A DNA stretch of 55,199 nucleotides from a virus (lineage: Duplodnaviria; Caudoviricetes): positions 1-55,199 of IMG/VR virus record IMGVR_UViG_3300020445_001189. One strand, 5' to 3'. Below, in pieces: positions 55,001 to 55,199 of the stretch. The notes beneath the pieces are model-generated. The model saw only the letters and a list, made by a program, of their open reading frames with translations, did not search any database and was not told where the DNA came from. The position numbers and the translations under genes are program-made. Numbering within the stretch: position 1 is the first letter of the stretch; the number at the start of each line of letters is the position of its first letter.

Positions 55001-55197
55001 ACTTCTGATCCAACTAATGGAACGTATTCTGTATCGTAAACATAAATGTATAATTGGTCAACAGCATGATCAAATGTTGCACCACCATCGTCAAAGATTT
55101 TAGCAGTCTGTACCATGTTATTATCTGAAACAATAACATCTGCAACTTCATTTGGATCTGATCCTGTTGATACAAGTCCGTAAGTACCATAAGCATT
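52048..55197 (-). CDS. large tail fibre/structural protein (5' partial) with C-terminal chaperone-like domain
   Basis: Frame is open upstream of 55116 to the window edge; DAATKSYVD fibre motif; C-terminal YADLAENY...GTVV...PVALTGRV.VKV...KGD.LV. Confidence 0.8.
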   Translation of the reverse strand, partial: NAYGTYGLVSTGSDPNEVADVIVSDNNMVQTAKIFDDGGATFDHAVDQLYIYVYDTEYVPLVGSEVEIDHGGLIATTRYEITTIEEPTQPGSPPTGQRSNTVYKLNLATTGANTTSSTGLKAVLANDQKVMIRSSSSFQFSGVSAETTRPSSALVFDESDRVYRTLAFNTTDALGNTLSSGVKHIRFDSPYDYIKLVVDNTNAALGTYAGAGGTTMGNTAGDDVIAIVTITSQAQKDRLNSGDMIFVWDGKTHKITGYTQRTGFGTIAITDVAGKEINSSSLVTGIHSTVRNTNSVVTLRAGLPSAEGANVTVNISTNRATGHDFLNIGTGGFNTSNFPNSTFGPATQTKDQNKETDERDKGRVFYVSTDQDGFFRVGKFFTVDQGTGTVTFSASIALSNLDGIGFKRGVVVSEFSADDTMVDNATDAVPTESAVRGYVNKRLGFDHAGNPVTVGAIGPGAIARDGTTAATASIPMGGNKITGMSDPTSDQDAATKSYVDSLIIAGDTVKELVDVETKNEAGNRALVTTGKYRLFTAPASGGNFTAGATITGSVSNATGTIVEVKNITRNGTAENLLIYTAVSNIFTTADICQQAGGITGQVRYGPLLEWAQADAHVDSDISLVVDRAETTVTADWRIAADSIVNADVNTNAAIAQSKLNLNAATTRANATGITQNDLGVVSLDSDMFTTTDGWATIQHGALDYKKIINIADGTVLGRAAGDSSTGDVAEVPFATIIAEGGGVIETVSTTGAANALVKTDASGNASMQGLKVDSYLIIDTAGTEVQFTTPGAAQFMTASGTVTPTVAIPGSVNIGATGVTEGNFQANSALAGESRLAVDWIHSSFVEAPGELDANSTGVSIGANTGYSAAGQISLVADGATVLTATSTAVIPSIDNTYTLGTNLKKWNTVYATTFSGTATQAQYADLAENYEADAEYEVGTVVIFGGDKEVTQNTMHKDTRVAGVVSEHPAYLMNSTQEGEFVTPVALTGRVKVKVAGMISKGDMLVTSSVPGHASKGVDPKVGTVLGKALQDHNEPGHGVIEMVVGRV

Positions 55198-55199
55198 AG

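Noticed and set aside
1-55199. Stop-codon reassignment (alternative genetic code)
   Set aside because: Recognisable genes are full length in the standard code, and TAA, TAG and TGA all serve as stops at tight gene junctions.
1-55199. tRNA genes, CRISPR arrays, IS elements or integrase
   Set aside because: Intergenic gaps are short and accounted for by promoters or small ORFs. No repeat-spacer pattern, cloverleaf or transposase motif was seen by eye; tRNAscan was not run.

Overview
AT-rich, densely coding fragment of a large tailed dsDNA phage with a T4-like (myovirus) organisation, probably aquatic. A proteobacterial host is suggested by the ACP, FdxA-type ferredoxin and sigma70-like promoters, but that is inference. 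Nearly all genes are on the minus strand; phoH is the only convincing plus-strand gene. In transcription order (right to left) the window holds: (1) tail fibre and baseplate-like genes carrying enzymes (two S8 proteases, a YHYH protein, an esterase-containing Ig-repeat protein); (2) a DnaE fragment, GroES, MazG, 2OG-Fe(II) oxygenases, a TagD-like cytidylyltransferase, clamp loader, ferredoxin, parvulin, ThyX and PhoH; (3) a lysis and membrane module (GH108 endolysin, spanins, an ACP lacking its serine, a mini-MscS); (4) DnaJ, peptide deformylase and ClpA; (5) probable head-packaged proteins; (6) family B DNA polymerase and an exonuclease; (7) an operon running sliding clamp, TGT/DpdA-like transglycosylase, oxygenase, QueD/DpdL-like protein, glycosyltransferase, cupin, tandem oxygenase, PRTase, HIT, SGNH. 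The best candidate for a new system is this last operon. It looks like a 7-deazaguanine DNA hypermodification pathway whose transglycosylase shares a C-terminal FNNLFD peptide with the DNA polymerase, suggesting clamp-tethered, replication-coupled base exchange. Other signals are seven TAA(A/G)TA-N5-ATG leaderless late promoters and twin 8-nt-loop hairpins before the polymerase ribosome binding site. No tRNA, rRNA or CRISPR array was recognised. All family calls come from motif recognition by eye, not from database searches.
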